Part shown: in pieces, positions 26,875 through 35,869 of the stretch | Layout of the letters: every line of letters starts with the position of its first letter | Position numbering within the stretch: the first letter of the stretch is position 1 | Source: Eubacteriales bacterium | Lineage (GTDB): Bacteria > Bacillota > Clostridia > Oscillospirales > JAAYXM01 | Direction: 5' to 3' | Assembly (NCBI GenBank): GCA_045586595.1 | Contig: JAZNAQ010000020.1 | Location: 281 to 64,280, forward strand | DNA length: 64,000 nt | The notes under the pieces: model-generated | The model's database searches: none | Told to the model about the DNA's origin: nothing | The model's input: only the letters and a program-made list of their open reading frames with translations | Position numbers and translations under genes: made by a program

Positions 26875-28119
26875 TTATGCCCAACCTAACTGTTTTTCAA
26901 TCTGCCGAATCCCCTCATCGGTAAGTCCGTTATCAGCAAAGCGGGTAACATAGGCAATAATCGCTTCCTTTGTTTTTCCCGCATCGAGCATCCTTCTGAC
27001 GTTGCTCCAAACCGAATCATAAGCCGTGCCATACTTACTTTTATGCGCGTTGAGAGCTGCCGCACCCTCAATCACTGTCTGTTCTTTCTTTGCCTCCTCG
27101 TATAACTCCAACAAAGTTTCCTTTTCACTCTCCGAGAAGTTGTTTCGTATAAGCCACTCTGCAACCGCGGCATCCGAGCCGAGTGCAAGCATCTGCTCTA
27201 CATATGACTTTGGCGTATCAGCCGGATTCTTCCCGCCACTTCCGCCTCCGCCACCGGACCTTACACTTTTCTGAGCGTTTACCGCAGCTATAAGGGTATT
27301 GACATCAGCCTGCGGGATTCCGAGCGTCTCTGATATAAACGAAGCATTTTTCCCGTTCTCAATAAACGCCATTGCGAGGTTCCATTTATTGTTGGCTTCT
27401 GCCTGTTCCTTCTGTGCCGCCATCTGCTCATCAAACTGGCGCGTGCTCTCCGCCTGCCCCATTGCCTGCATATCTCCGGAGAAGATATTGCCCTGCAGTG
27501 CTATCTGCTGCTGTAGTACGTTTTGCGCCCTTGCCTCAAGAATGTTTGCAAGCTCATACTGCCCGCTCGCCTTTGCCTGGGCTATCTGAACATCAAGATT
27601 CTGCAGTTGTTCATTCATTGCGCGGTAATTCGCGTTAACCTGTGCTGCATAAGCGCTCGCAAGCTTGAGTTTTGAGCTTTCAGCCCATCCCGACTCATCA
27701 AGCCCGAGCTTTACCCTCTGCTCTTCCATGGCGCCGAACGGGTTTGCAGCCTTCATATATGCCTCACGCGCCGCACGGTCCGCATCCGCTCTGTTTGTCT
27801 GGGCAATCTGCTTCTGTCGGTTAAGCTCTGCAACCGCCGCATTTGTCGCGCTGTTTATTCTTTCCTTCTGAACGTTTCCCGCCGCCTGATATGCATTGAT
27901 TGCCGCATTGCTCTTTGCCTCATACTGGTTTTTCGACGTTGCATATGTGGGAATGCCGCCGTTTGAGGTCATTTTATATGTACCACCTGCAGTCTGAACA
28001 GTCGCGCCGACGGGGACTCGCGTCGTTGCCGCCTCGTCCATATATGTCTTTCCGTCTTTTATCCAGCCCTCGTGCTGGTCGTTATTCTTATCCCACCACG
28101 TTGTTTTTGTTGCTCCCAT
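26875..28119 (-). CDS. Hypothetical virion protein (coiled-coil, Gly-rich linker)
   Basis: 414 aa. Long Q/A-rich heptad region and a GGGGGSGG linker. It lies in the structural block. Confidence 0.35.
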   Translation of the reverse strand: MGATKTTWWDKNNDQHEGWIKDGKTYMDEAATTRVPVGATVQTAGGTYKMTSNGGIPTYATSKNQYEAKSNAAINAYQAAGNVQKERINSATNAAVAELNRQKQIAQTNRADADRAAREAYMKAANPFGAMEEQRVKLGLDESGWAESSKLKLASAYAAQVNANYRAMNEQLQNLDVQIAQAKASGQYELANILEARAQNVLQQQIALQGNIFSGDMQAMGQAESTRQFDEQMAAQKEQAEANNKWNLAMAFIENGKNASFISETLGIPQADVNTLIAAVNAQKSVRSGGGGGSGGKNPADTPKSYVEQMLALGSDAAVAEWLIRNNFSESEKETLLELYEEAKKEQTVIEGAAALNAHKSKYGTAYDSVWSNVRRMLDAGKTKEAIIAYVTRFADNGLTDEGIRQIEKQLGWA

Positions 28120-28140
28120 TTTTAAATCTCCTTTCTCCTC

Positions 28141-28200
28141 AAAGCCTTCCCCTCGAGGGGAAGGTGTCAGCGTAAGCTGACGGATGAGGTGTTCACCTCT
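28141..28200 (-). repeat. Family 1 repeat, copy 3
   Basis: Minus-strand reading: GAGGTGAACACCTC, ATCCG, TCAGC-TTAC-GCTGA, then CACCTTCCCCTCGAGGGGAAGG and CTTTGAGGAG. It lies between the stop at 28210 and the ATG at 28119. Confidence 0.8.
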
Positions 28201-28209
28201 CTTATTTCC

Positions 28210-30327
28210 CTATTTTGCAAAATTGCCTGTTACATACCGTCGTATTATCCCGAGCACACCAAATGCCTGGTTTACCTTGTCATTGCGGCATATAACCTGT
28301 ATTGCCTTGTATTTTTTGAATTTGGCATTAAACGGCACAACCGAATACTCCGATGTGTTGAACGTAAAATCGTTAAAATCAAGGTCTTCAAAATTGAATA
28401 TGCCCGCGCTCTTTTCTAAAATCTCGCGTTCAAAATCCTTGTCGGTTTTTATGCAGACCTTAACCCCCGAGCGGTTGTATGTCTTCAGCATAACCCCTGA
28501 GCCTTTTTTCTTCATTGTCTTAAGCCGCATAAAGTCACCGTCATCTGACAGGTTTGTTGCCCATTCTGCGATTATGGGCTCACCGTCGTCTGAATACGCC
28601 TTTGGCTCTATCTCTCCTCGCGAGTTCTTCATGTCGTCATTGAACCGGCAAACGCGACCGTCCTCTGTCCCAAAATAAAGCGCTCCGCCGTGCTCACAGG
28701 CCACCCTTGCGGGAATGTTCGTCCAGAAGTACCACTCGTATTCAAACGTGCCGGTCTTATTCCCTGTATAGGTCTTTTGCGCGGCATCTGCCACATAGCA
28801 CTCGCCGTTTATAAATAACATCAGGTTACCTTTCCAGGTGCACATATGAGCGTCTTCGAGGTTTTCGTTCTTCAAGAGCTTTTTGTTTATGCGTGTCGAG
28901 CGTATATTAAGCGCACGCTCGCTTGATATGTCCTGCTGTGCTATTGCATACACGCCGTTGCGCGACAGATACAGAGGGTCATCAAGAACCGTGCAGACTG
29001 CATTTCTTGCAACCGCACCTATCCCCGAGTTTCCCTGCCGTATCGGAAACAGTGCATTCCCCTCAGCATCCTCTGCGCGGTAACGCATGTATATGGTTGC
29101 ACCATCGTTATCGTCTTTAAGGATTGCCTGTTCATTTCCCGTGTGAAGATATCCCGTAATGGGGGTCGCATCCAGCCCGATTTCCGTATAGCTTAAATCC
29201 CTTACATATGTAGGCTCGTTAAGCTCGCTATGCCAGTCCGTATTCGGGAAGTCGGGATTCCCTGAATAAAAAATGCGGTTTTCAAAAACGTCCATAACTG
29301 TACACTTTGAAATCGCCCCCTCGCTTTTCCCAACTTCCGCAACATACTCAATACAGTAATTGTCTTCGCCCGGCGCAGGCTCTTGAAAATCGGTAGTCCT
29401 GGACGTCTGCATTACTCCTTTAATAACACTACCCGTTTTTATTCCCAAATCTCGAGCTATACTTTCTTCTACTCCGTCCATACCTCGGCTTATTGTTACC
29501 GTTGCCTGATAAACATTTACATAACCAAAGAGGGTCTTTTCAACGTTATATATGACAGGTTCTTCGCCTTCTGGCGCGATTATATCAAATATAACTTGTC
29601 CGGTCGGAATATATGTCATTTTCATTCTCGTCCCTGCTTTGATTTTGCCATCAAGAAAAAGATACCTCACCCAACTCAGGTCCGAGTTTATTCTGAACGT
29701 GTTTTTTCTTTTTTGGCAAGCAATATTGACCTCCTGATACGCATTCCCTGCCCCTCCATTGTCTTCGACCCACATCCCATTACCTTCAGTCGTCCTATGA
29801 GCCGTACTGCGCCCTTGCCACGTTGTCGGCACATATGACGATCCTCCGTCTTCAACTCTCACGCAGGTTTTGCCGTTGTATTCCAGAAGTTCCTCACCTG
29901 TCAGTATAAAAAGCCGCTCCTTAAAGCATCTTCCCGTAGAGCAGGCATCGTTTATCCCGGAGAGAAGCTCTGTCGGCTCGTCTTCCTCGCTCCCGCTCCA
30001 TGAATATATCTTTGTACCCGCGTGAATAATAAAACACTCCACAAGCGTTTCTGCACCTTCTTCGCCCTCGTTTTCCGCTTCCTGCGTAATAATCCCCTTA
30101 TAGTGGTATATTCCGTTAATTCTTCCGTCGAGTGTTTTAAGCGTTCTCCAGCCGAGGCGCTTTTCCGGAAATCCGCCTGTGTCCGATATAACATTCACCG
30201 CACGGGGCGAACGGCTGTCGTCCACCATCGTTTCACTCTGCGAAAAATCAACACCGCGAAAAGCTCCGTATTTTTTTGTGTATATAGTTGGTGATGTCGG
30301 TGTACCGATATTACTTATCTTCGGCAT
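28210..30327 (-). CDS. Large virion structural protein (tail/nozzle-like, unassigned)
   Basis: 705-aa beta-rich ORF between the head genes and the ejection-protein-like genes. No motif recognised. Confidence 0.3.
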   Translation of the reverse strand: MPKISNIGTPTSPTIYTKKYGAFRGVDFSQSETMVDDSRSPRAVNVISDTGGFPEKRLGWRTLKTLDGRINGIYHYKGIITQEAENEGEEGAETLVECFIIHAGTKIYSWSGSEEDEPTELLSGINDACSTGRCFKERLFILTGEELLEYNGKTCVRVEDGGSSYVPTTWQGRSTAHRTTEGNGMWVEDNGGAGNAYQEVNIACQKRKNTFRINSDLSWVRYLFLDGKIKAGTRMKMTYIPTGQVIFDIIAPEGEEPVIYNVEKTLFGYVNVYQATVTISRGMDGVEESIARDLGIKTGSVIKGVMQTSRTTDFQEPAPGEDNYCIEYVAEVGKSEGAISKCTVMDVFENRIFYSGNPDFPNTDWHSELNEPTYVRDLSYTEIGLDATPITGYLHTGNEQAILKDDNDGATIYMRYRAEDAEGNALFPIRQGNSGIGAVARNAVCTVLDDPLYLSRNGVYAIAQQDISSERALNIRSTRINKKLLKNENLEDAHMCTWKGNLMLFINGECYVADAAQKTYTGNKTGTFEYEWYFWTNIPARVACEHGGALYFGTEDGRVCRFNDDMKNSRGEIEPKAYSDDGEPIIAEWATNLSDDGDFMRLKTMKKKGSGVMLKTYNRSGVKVCIKTDKDFEREILEKSAGIFNFEDLDFNDFTFNTSEYSVVPFNAKFKKYKAIQVICRNDKVNQAFGVLGIIRRYVTGNFAK

Positions 30328-30330
30328 CTC

Positions 30331-30576
30331 TTATTCCTCTCCTATCGGCATCTGGTCTTTCTCCGTGCCATCGTAATTCAAGAAATTTTCCCATTGTTTC
30401 TTTAATTTCTTCGATTCCTCATCCTCGGCCGTAACCTTCCCAAAAGGCTCTCCCACAGGGCGTGCTGTCGGCACAGCCGACTGAGAGGGCTTCAAAACGA
30501 GCACCACGCCAATCGCGATAATAGCACAAGCCGCGCCGAGAGCAACCCCTACAGCCATTACAATACATTCACTCAT
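30331..30576 (-). CDS. Small single-pass membrane protein
   Basis: Start moved to the ATG at 30576 (MSECIVMAVGVALGAACAIIAIGVVLVL), which follows AGGAGGAAAGAGAAC. Confidence 0.4.
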   Translation of the reverse strand: MSECIVMAVGVALGAACAIIAIGVVLVLKPSQSAVPTARPVGEPFGKVTAEDEESKKLKKQWENFLNYDGTEKDQMPIGEE

Positions 30577-30589
30577 GTTCTCTTTCCTC

Positions 30590-30994
30590 CTAACCTTCAA
30601 GTGCCGCGCCGTATCCGTAAACGTCCTCAATGTCGTTTATGTGAACACCGCCGACAGCATCGCCGAGCGCAACTATAAACCTGTTTCTGTAATCTGCCGC
30701 GCGGTAGTTGTCGCCGTCATCCTGGCAGTAAAATGCGGCAACACCATACGGCAAAGCTACCCGGCATAAGCTCTCTGAAAAGTCGATTTCCTCATTCATC
30801 CCGTCCTTGGTAATTTTAGGTGCCATGGCAAGTGCAACCTTCCCGCTCTTTCTCCGTATCATATTCTCATACGGCAGAGCCTCTTGCATCACGGTATTTA
30901 AAAACGTCGGGAAGAACTCCTCATAGTCTGCATCTTCTCTCTTTCTTTCAAAGACAAACGAAAGAGCTATCTCGTAAATCTCTTCTCCTGTCAT
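30590..30994 (-). CDS. Head-completion/connector-like protein (hypothetical)
   Basis: 134-aa ORF directly after the capsid gene. Assignment rests on position only. Confidence 0.3.
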   Translation of the reverse strand: MTGEEIYEIALSFVFERKREDADYEEFFPTFLNTVMQEALPYENMIRRKSGKVALAMAPKITKDGMNEEIDFSESLCRVALPYGVAAFYCQDDGDNYRAADYRNRFIVALGDAVGGVHINDIEDVYGYGAALEG

Positions 30995-31065
30995 ATCCTT
31001 GCATCCTTTCTTTTCTTATTTTTTAATTTCACTTCGCAAATAATATCTCCGAACTAAAATCAAAT

Positions 31066-31125
31066 ATGGCTTCCCCCTGAGGGGAAGCTCCGCCGTAGGC
31101 GGTGATGAGGTGCAGGTTGCACCGC
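31066..31125 (-). repeat. Family 1 repeat, copy 4
   Basis: GGTGCAACCTGCACC hairpin, TCATCA, CCGCC-TAC-GGCGG, then GCTTCCCC-TCAG-GGGGAAGC. The outer pair of the last hairpin is changed in a compensatory way relative to the other copies. Confidence 0.75.
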
Positions 31126-31134
31126 AACCGTTTT

Positions 31135-31167
31135 GCAAAACAGGGAGAGCAAAAAGCCCTCCCTGTT
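31135..31167 (-). terminator. Terminator/attenuator after the major capsid gene
   Basis: Stem CAGGGAG...CTCCCTG followed by TTTTG on the minus strand. Confidence 0.5.
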
Positions 31168-31177
31168 ACTGTCGCTA

Positions 31178-32230
31178 CTAAAGTGTAGCTTCGAGCACTT
31201 CTGAAGGAAATGCTCCGTCTTTATAAGCATATGCGCGGACAACTGTTCCGGCAGCATCGGTAAGTGCTGCACCGTAAACCTTGGCAGACGCAGAATATCT
31301 CGGGTCTGTGCCGTCGGTTGTGTACTTGATTGTCGCGCCTGAGGTTGTGCTTGCGAGTGCCTTTGAAGTAAGTGTCGGAGTTGCGCAAATTGTGCCGCCG
31401 CCACTTGCGGTATTGACTTCAACATATACACCGTCGCACTTCGCGCCGTAAACAAAGAGGTCATAATACTGTCTGCCCTCGAGAAGGTCGCCCGAAATGC
31501 CCGGCGGGTCCTTGTGGTACTTGGTATCGTTGAGCTTAACAGGGGCACAGGCCGCTCTCTTGTAAACGATTATAAAGTTCACGTCTTTAGGCCATCTGCC
31601 TGCAGGAACTTTAACAACACGCATGTTGTCGTATGTCCCCACCTGCCCCTTTGTGAGAGACTTATCAAGAAGTCCATCACACTTCTGGAACTCATCAGAA
31701 AGGCGGAGCTTCGCATATGTATCACTCGGAATAAAGAGTGTTCTTCCGTCCTGCGGAACTTCTTTGTCATCCATATATGTCGTGCCGGCAGTGATACGCT
31801 CACAGATATTTGACTTTGAAAGTGCCGTAGCATTGCCGACAATCTTTCCTGCCATCTGTGAAAGACGCGCGAAGCCGTAATTATCCATAAGCGGAACAGC
31901 CCTCTCCGCTATCTGGAGAGAGAGCATCTTGCCCGCTTCCTTAATGCCGTTCTGGTCTGCATTGTTGCCCTTGTCGATGGTAAGAGTAAAGCTCTTATCC
32001 TGAGTGAGTGTCATTTCCTGAACAACATCCTGCATCTCTTCCGGTGTTCCGTAGCGGTTGGCGCCGGTGCGTGTGTAGTCCACCATCGGAACGGTTATCG
32101 GTGTAGAAATCTTAACAGTCTTTACGCCTGTAAAGCTGTATGAGTTGTCGAGAGCTCCTGCAAGGAGCGACTCTCTGACAAATTTTGTCTGAATCTGTTT
32201 TGCATATTTCTCGTGGAAATTGATTGCCAT
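31178..32230 (-). CDS. Major capsid protein with C-terminal Ig-like (CHB_HEX_C-type) decoration domain
   Basis: 350 aa following a scaffold-like gene. The C-terminus IKYTTDGTDPRYSASAKVY...VRAYAYKDGAFPSEV matches the chitobiase C-terminal-like surface domain. Confidence 0.6.
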   Translation of the reverse strand: MAINFHEKYAKQIQTKFVRESLLAGALDNSYSFTGVKTVKISTPITVPMVDYTRTGANRYGTPEEMQDVVQEMTLTQDKSFTLTIDKGNNADQNGIKEAGKMLSLQIAERAVPLMDNYGFARLSQMAGKIVGNATALSKSNICERITAGTTYMDDKEVPQDGRTLFIPSDTYAKLRLSDEFQKCDGLLDKSLTKGQVGTYDNMRVVKVPAGRWPKDVNFIIVYKRAACAPVKLNDTKYHKDPPGISGDLLEGRQYYDLFVYGAKCDGVYVEVNTASGGGTICATPTLTSKALASTTSGATIKYTTDGTDPRYSASAKVYGAALTDAAGTVVRAYAYKDGAFPSEVLEATL

Positions 32231-32268
32231 TTAAATCCCTTCTTTCATGATTTCATCTCAGCTGAAAT

Positions 32269-33108
32269 CTACTCGGAATCGAAACCCGCAAGAAAATCAT
32301 CCTCATCTGTATTCTGAACTCCCGCAAGCGAACCTACACTCTTTTTCTTAGCGGTGTCCGCATCTGAATACATCTTGTTCTGCGCCTCAAGCTCACGGTT
32401 GCGCTCGATAAAATAAGCCTCAACCGGGCTGTATCCCTTTTTGACAAGGTCAAAGACGCCCGGCGATACTTTTGCGCCGCCGTCTGAAGCTATAAGCTCA
32501 GGGTGTTCTCGAAACAGTCTGTTCCATCCTTCGATTTCTGCTTTGTTTTTGTCTTCAAGAGCCTTTGCCTTTTCCTGCTCGGCTCTGTTTTTTTCAGCCT
32601 CAAGCTCAAGTCTCGCAAGGCTTTTTACCGTTTCCTCGGATGCGTCGTCATCACGCGTCCGTATCTCCGACATTTTAGCCTCAAGGCGTTGGTTTTCCGC
32701 CTGTCCGCGCTCCCTCTCGATAAGCTGCTCAACCGTTATTCCCTCACTCTTCGCACGCTCCAGCAAAAAGTTAAAAGCATTTCGGTTCTGGTCGCGTTCC
32801 GCTACAACGTGGTCGTAATTAAGTCCCTTCTGAGCAAGCGTCCTCGCTTCTTCAAGGCTTAAATCCCGCTCCTCACCGTTGTACTTAACACGAAGCGTAG
32901 AGCCGCCGTTAATAGCGTTTCCTTCGGCGTGGTTTTCGCCGTTTTTCCCGCTCTTCTCCGCGCTCTGCGCATTATTGGAATTATCCCCGCTTTCCCCTTC
33001 TTCCGATGCGGGCGTAGACTCTGCATCCACTTCCTCATCGTCAAAAAGGTTTTCCGGAAGATTTTCCAAGCCTTCTTCCATCGTCTGATTGGTTTCTTCA
33101 AACAACAT
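32269..33108 (-). CDS. Scaffolding protein (putative)
   Basis: 279 aa, very acidic N-terminus and a long charged coiled coil. It lies immediately upstream of the capsid gene. Confidence 0.5.
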   Translation of the reverse strand: MLFEETNQTMEEGLENLPENLFDDEEVDAESTPASEEGESGDNSNNAQSAEKSGKNGENHAEGNAINGGSTLRVKYNGEERDLSLEEARTLAQKGLNYDHVVAERDQNRNAFNFLLERAKSEGITVEQLIERERGQAENQRLEAKMSEIRTRDDDASEETVKSLARLELEAEKNRAEQEKAKALEDKNKAEIEGWNRLFREHPELIASDGGAKVSPGVFDLVKKGYSPVEAYFIERNRELEAQNKMYSDADTAKKKSVGSLAGVQNTDEDDFLAGFDSE

Positions 33109-33164
33109 GGTAAATGCTCCTTTGTAAAAAATTTTTATATAAAGCGCTGGTCTCGCGCAATATA

Positions 33165-33264
33165 CCTCGTCAAGCCTCGCCTTTTAGCTCGTTTTTGCTA
33201 CCCGCAAAAAGCTTCGCTTTACCGGCGGTCTCTCCTCTTTCGCGAAAAGCAGGCTTTCCTCGAG
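33165..33264 (-). repeat. Intercistronic structured repeat, family 2, copy a
   Basis: Minus-strand reading: CTCGAGGAAAG-CCTG-CTTTTCGCG hairpin, AAAGAGGAGAGACCGCCGGTAAAGCGAAGC, then GGCGAGGCTTGACGAGG. Confidence 0.75.
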
Positions 33265-33273
33265 TTTCTTCCC

Positions 33274-33768
33274 TTATGTTTTCTCGATTTTATCAACAAC
33301 ATTGATGTTGACATCAATCTTGTTTTCCGAAGAATCCTTCTCCTTCTCAAATACGCCGAGATGCTCGCCCATGAGCTCCAAAGCCTTGAGTGCGCCCTTG
33401 CTGTCAAATTTCCACTCGCCACTCTCTTCCCAGTCTCTTGTGTCAGGGTTCCATTCGAGAACAGGCTCCTTTGCACAGCATTTTCTGTAAACTTGCGCCG
33501 TCTCGCTCATAATAGAATGCGCCGAAAGTCCGAGCTCCTCATATATCAGCACCGCACGGAGCGCACGGTATTCTTTGACATCTTCTTTCGCAAGTATCCT
33601 TGATGCCTGAGTTGCCGCGCTTCGGCTGTTCTTGCCCTTTCCATATCCCGCACGGAGTGCAGCTGCCGCTTTGTTCCCGTCAACCTCAAGCTCCTCTATA
33701 AACCGCCGCTCCTTCGGCGAAATTTTCTTTTCAAGCTCCGAAAGCCGGAGCAGCTTTTCTTTTTCCAT
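33274..33768 (-). CDS. Terminase small subunit (Terminase_2 / P27 family)
   Basis: 164 aa. SPKERRFIEELEVDGNKAAAALRAGYGKGKNSRSAATQASRIL and ALKALELMGEHLGVF. Confidence 0.75.
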   Translation of the reverse strand: MEKEKLLRLSELEKKISPKERRFIEELEVDGNKAAAALRAGYGKGKNSRSAATQASRILAKEDVKEYRALRAVLIYEELGLSAHSIMSETAQVYRKCCAKEPVLEWNPDTRDWEESGEWKFDSKGALKALELMGEHLGVFEKEKDSSENKIDVNINVVDKIEKT

Positions 33769-33774
33769 TCGCTC

Positions 33775-33874
33775 CCTCGTCGTGCCTCGCCTCTTGGCTC
33801 GTTCCTGCTGTTCGCAAGAAGCTTCGCTTTATCGGCGGTCTCTCCTCTTTCCGTCAAAGCAGGCTTTGCCGGAG
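33775..33874 (-). repeat. Family 2 repeat, copy b
   Basis: CTCCGGCAAAG-CCTG-CTTTGACGG hairpin, AAAGAGGAGAGACCGCCGATAAAGCGAAGC, then GGCGAGGCACGACGAGG. It ends 7 nt before the TerS ATG. Confidence 0.75.
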
Positions 33875-33894
33875 TCTTTTTTAGCTTATATAAA

Positions 33895-33931
33895 AAGACC
33901 GACCGCGGAAGCTGTTTCCGCCGTCAGTCTT
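33895..33931 (-). terminator. Terminator between the ArpU-like gene and TerS
   Basis: Long imperfect stem AAGACTGACGGCGGAAA/TTTCCGCGGTCGGTCTT followed by TTT on the minus strand. Confidence 0.45.
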
Positions 33932-33990
33932 ATCTATCATAACCATTATAGCACACTTTTTACGTTTGTGTGTCTCATTTTTGTCTCATT

Positions 33991-34422
33991 TTATGTGACA
34001 ACAGCGCCGTAAAAAGCCCTTGTAAAGTTTATAAGGGCGCTGTCACGCAAACGATACGCCGTTGCGCGGCTCACATGTTCACACCCTGCAATATCGTCCA
34101 TATTTCGATTTTCTATATACGCGGAGCGTAAAACGCGCGCTTCTTCCTCTGAGACGGCAGAAAGCGCAAGCTCAACTCGTCTTATAGCGCGGGTAACAGT
34201 TTTAAGCCTTCTTTTCTCGTCATCGATACTCGAAATAAGGCTTAACCGTTTGTGTTCTGTTTTGTTTCCTCCGCCACTGTTCGGAGTTGCTCCGCCTGTT
34301 CCTCCGCCGCTTGACTTAAGTATGTTGTCAAGCTCAATAATCCGAAGTTTTATGACCTTTTCCGCTGTGTAATTGTGGTTAAGCTTCCTCAGCTCATCAG
34401 CGGCCAGCAATCTGTAATCCAT
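33991..34422 (-). CDS. ArpU/RinA-like late-gene activator (sigma-70 region-4-like HTH)
   Basis: C-terminus EEEARVLRSAYIENRNMDDIAGCEHVSRATAYRLRDSAL. It lies immediately upstream of terS, as rinA/arpU genes do. The start is taken at the internal ATG 34422 behind AAGGG. Confidence 0.5.
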   Translation of the reverse strand: MDYRLLAADELRKLNHNYTAEKVIKLRIIELDNILKSSGGGTGGATPNSGGGNKTEHKRLSLISSIDDEKRRLKTVTRAIRRVELALSAVSEEEARVLRSAYIENRNMDDIAGCEHVSRATAYRLRDSALINFTRAFYGAVVT

Positions 34423-34495
34423 TTCGCCCTTTTTCACTCCTTTATGTCCGCAATCCATAAGATATTATTGCATTTTCCTTATTTTCTGTCAACTT

Positions 34496-34594
34496 ATCGT
34501 CAGAGCAAGGCTTATGCTCACTTCCTTGCTCCGCTTGGAAACCTCGCCTTGTCGCCTGCTCCTCCTCTTTCCCACAAAGCAGGCTTTGCGGGAG
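34496..34594 (-). repeat. Family 2 repeat, copy c (more diverged)
   Basis: CTCCCGCAAAG-CCTG-CTTTGTGGG hairpin (with a G-U pair only on the minus-strand RNA), followed by AAAGAGGAGGAGC. Confidence 0.65.
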
Positions 34595-34665
34595 CCCTGT
34601 TGTTCTATCGCGCGCGAAGAATAAACCGCGCGTGCACCCCTCCGCGCGAGAACACTCAACATTTT

Positions 34666-34932
34666 TCAACTTATTTTTCCGGTGCTTATGTATTCGACAG
34701 CCTTGCCATAGCTTATATTATTATCCTTTGCAATTTTCATTATCTTTTCTATGCCGAGCTTTACATTCTTTTTCTTTGTTCTTGTTCCCGCTCTGGCTTC
34801 TTTGTCGAGTTCTCTCTGTTTTCGGTACAACGCATTGACTCTTAGTCTTCTGCACTCATCAGAACAAAGAATACTATTTGCCCGCACTGCCTCGAACTCA
34901 CGGCCGCACATAATGCATTTCTTTTTCACCAT
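34666..34932 (-). CDS. Small zinc-ribbon protein
   Basis: 88 aa. CIMCGREF...CSDECRR forms a CxxC...CxxxC motif. Confidence 0.45.
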   Translation of the reverse strand: MVKKKCIMCGREFEAVRANSILCSDECRRLRVNALYRKQRELDKEARAGTRTKKKNVKLGIEKIMKIAKDNNISYGKAVEYISTGKIS

Positions 34933-34990
34933 TCCTTCCCCTCTTTCTATTTATCGTTTGTGGTCGTAAAACTTTACACATTTACAAGTT

Positions 34991-35085
34991 CACGTCAAGG
35001 CCTCGCTTTATATGGGCCTCTCCTCTTACCTACAAAGCCTTCCCCTCGAGGGGAAGGTGGCGGCGTAGCCGTCGGATGGGTGTTA
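34991..35085 (-). repeat. Hybrid repeat (family 1 5' half + family 2 3' half), copy 5/e
   Basis: CACCCATCC, GACGGC-TAC-GCCGCC and CACCTTCCCCTCGAGGGGAAGG, then CTTTGTAGGTAAGAGGAGAGGCCCATATAAAGCGAGGCCTTGACG. It begins at the stop codon of rep. Confidence 0.75.
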
Positions 35086-35829
35086 TCAACATTGTAGATG
35101 TCTCTTTTCCTTTTCGGGAATTTTAACATATTTAAAATATAGGTACCCGAACTCGTTGCTCTCCCGCTCTACGAGTTTATACCCCTTCGGAGCTCTCGGC
35201 GGCTTGTCCACGCTGTAATCGCGCATTATAAGTGTCGTGCGCTCTTTTTTAGGTGCTTTTATGTTCCGTGTTTTGTAATACCTGTGTCCGCCCTGTTCCG
35301 GTGTCCAGTGATTAAATAAGTAATTTGCAAGACCTGTAAAGTCTGCGCCGTAATCTTCTCCGTTGTATTTGTTGTGCTCTCGGAGCTTAACAATCCGCCC
35401 TGTGCCACCATATATCCATTGCTCCCGGATGATGTTCTCAGGTATTCCGTCCGATACCATATGAAAATGTATTCGCTCCGTCGACTTGCCTCTTCCTTTA
35501 TAGAAAAAAATCCGCGCATCAGGAAAGCGGCGCCTCAGTCTTCTTATGTATGCATCTTTTACTCTTTCCGCTTCAGGCCAAGTATGTACCTCGTGTTCAT
35601 CATCAAAGGTAAGCGTTGAGTAAAGAGAGTTTCCCGCTGTGAATGCCTCGTTAAACATCTGCGCATGATGCCGTCGCGCAATCTCCGTTTTGTGCCGCTC
35701 CCGCTCCTCGTCCGTCTTAAATCTCGGCTTCGGCTTTGAGTTCTTAAAATTTCTCATGTTGTCAGCAACGGTGTATACAATCTGTTCGCATACCGCCCCG
35801 GCAAATACCGTCCTCTTAACTCTCTTCAC
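35086..35829 (-). CDS. HUH-superfamily rolling-circle replication initiator (Rep)
   Basis: 247 aa. Motif I STLTFD, motif II RIHFHMVSDG (HUH), motif III-like tyrosine GLANYLFNHW. Confidence 0.6.
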   Translation of the reverse strand: MKRVKRTVFAGAVCEQIVYTVADNMRNFKNSKPKPRFKTDEERERHKTEIARRHHAQMFNEAFTAGNSLYSTLTFDDEHEVHTWPEAERVKDAYIRRLRRRFPDARIFFYKGRGKSTERIHFHMVSDGIPENIIREQWIYGGTGRIVKLREHNKYNGEDYGADFTGLANYLFNHWTPEQGGHRYYKTRNIKAPKKERTTLIMRDYSVDKPPRAPKGYKLVERESNEFGYLYFKYVKIPEKEKRHLQC

Positions 35830-35869
35830 CTTTCCTCACCTCTTTTCCTTAAATATTTCTGTGAGTTTT

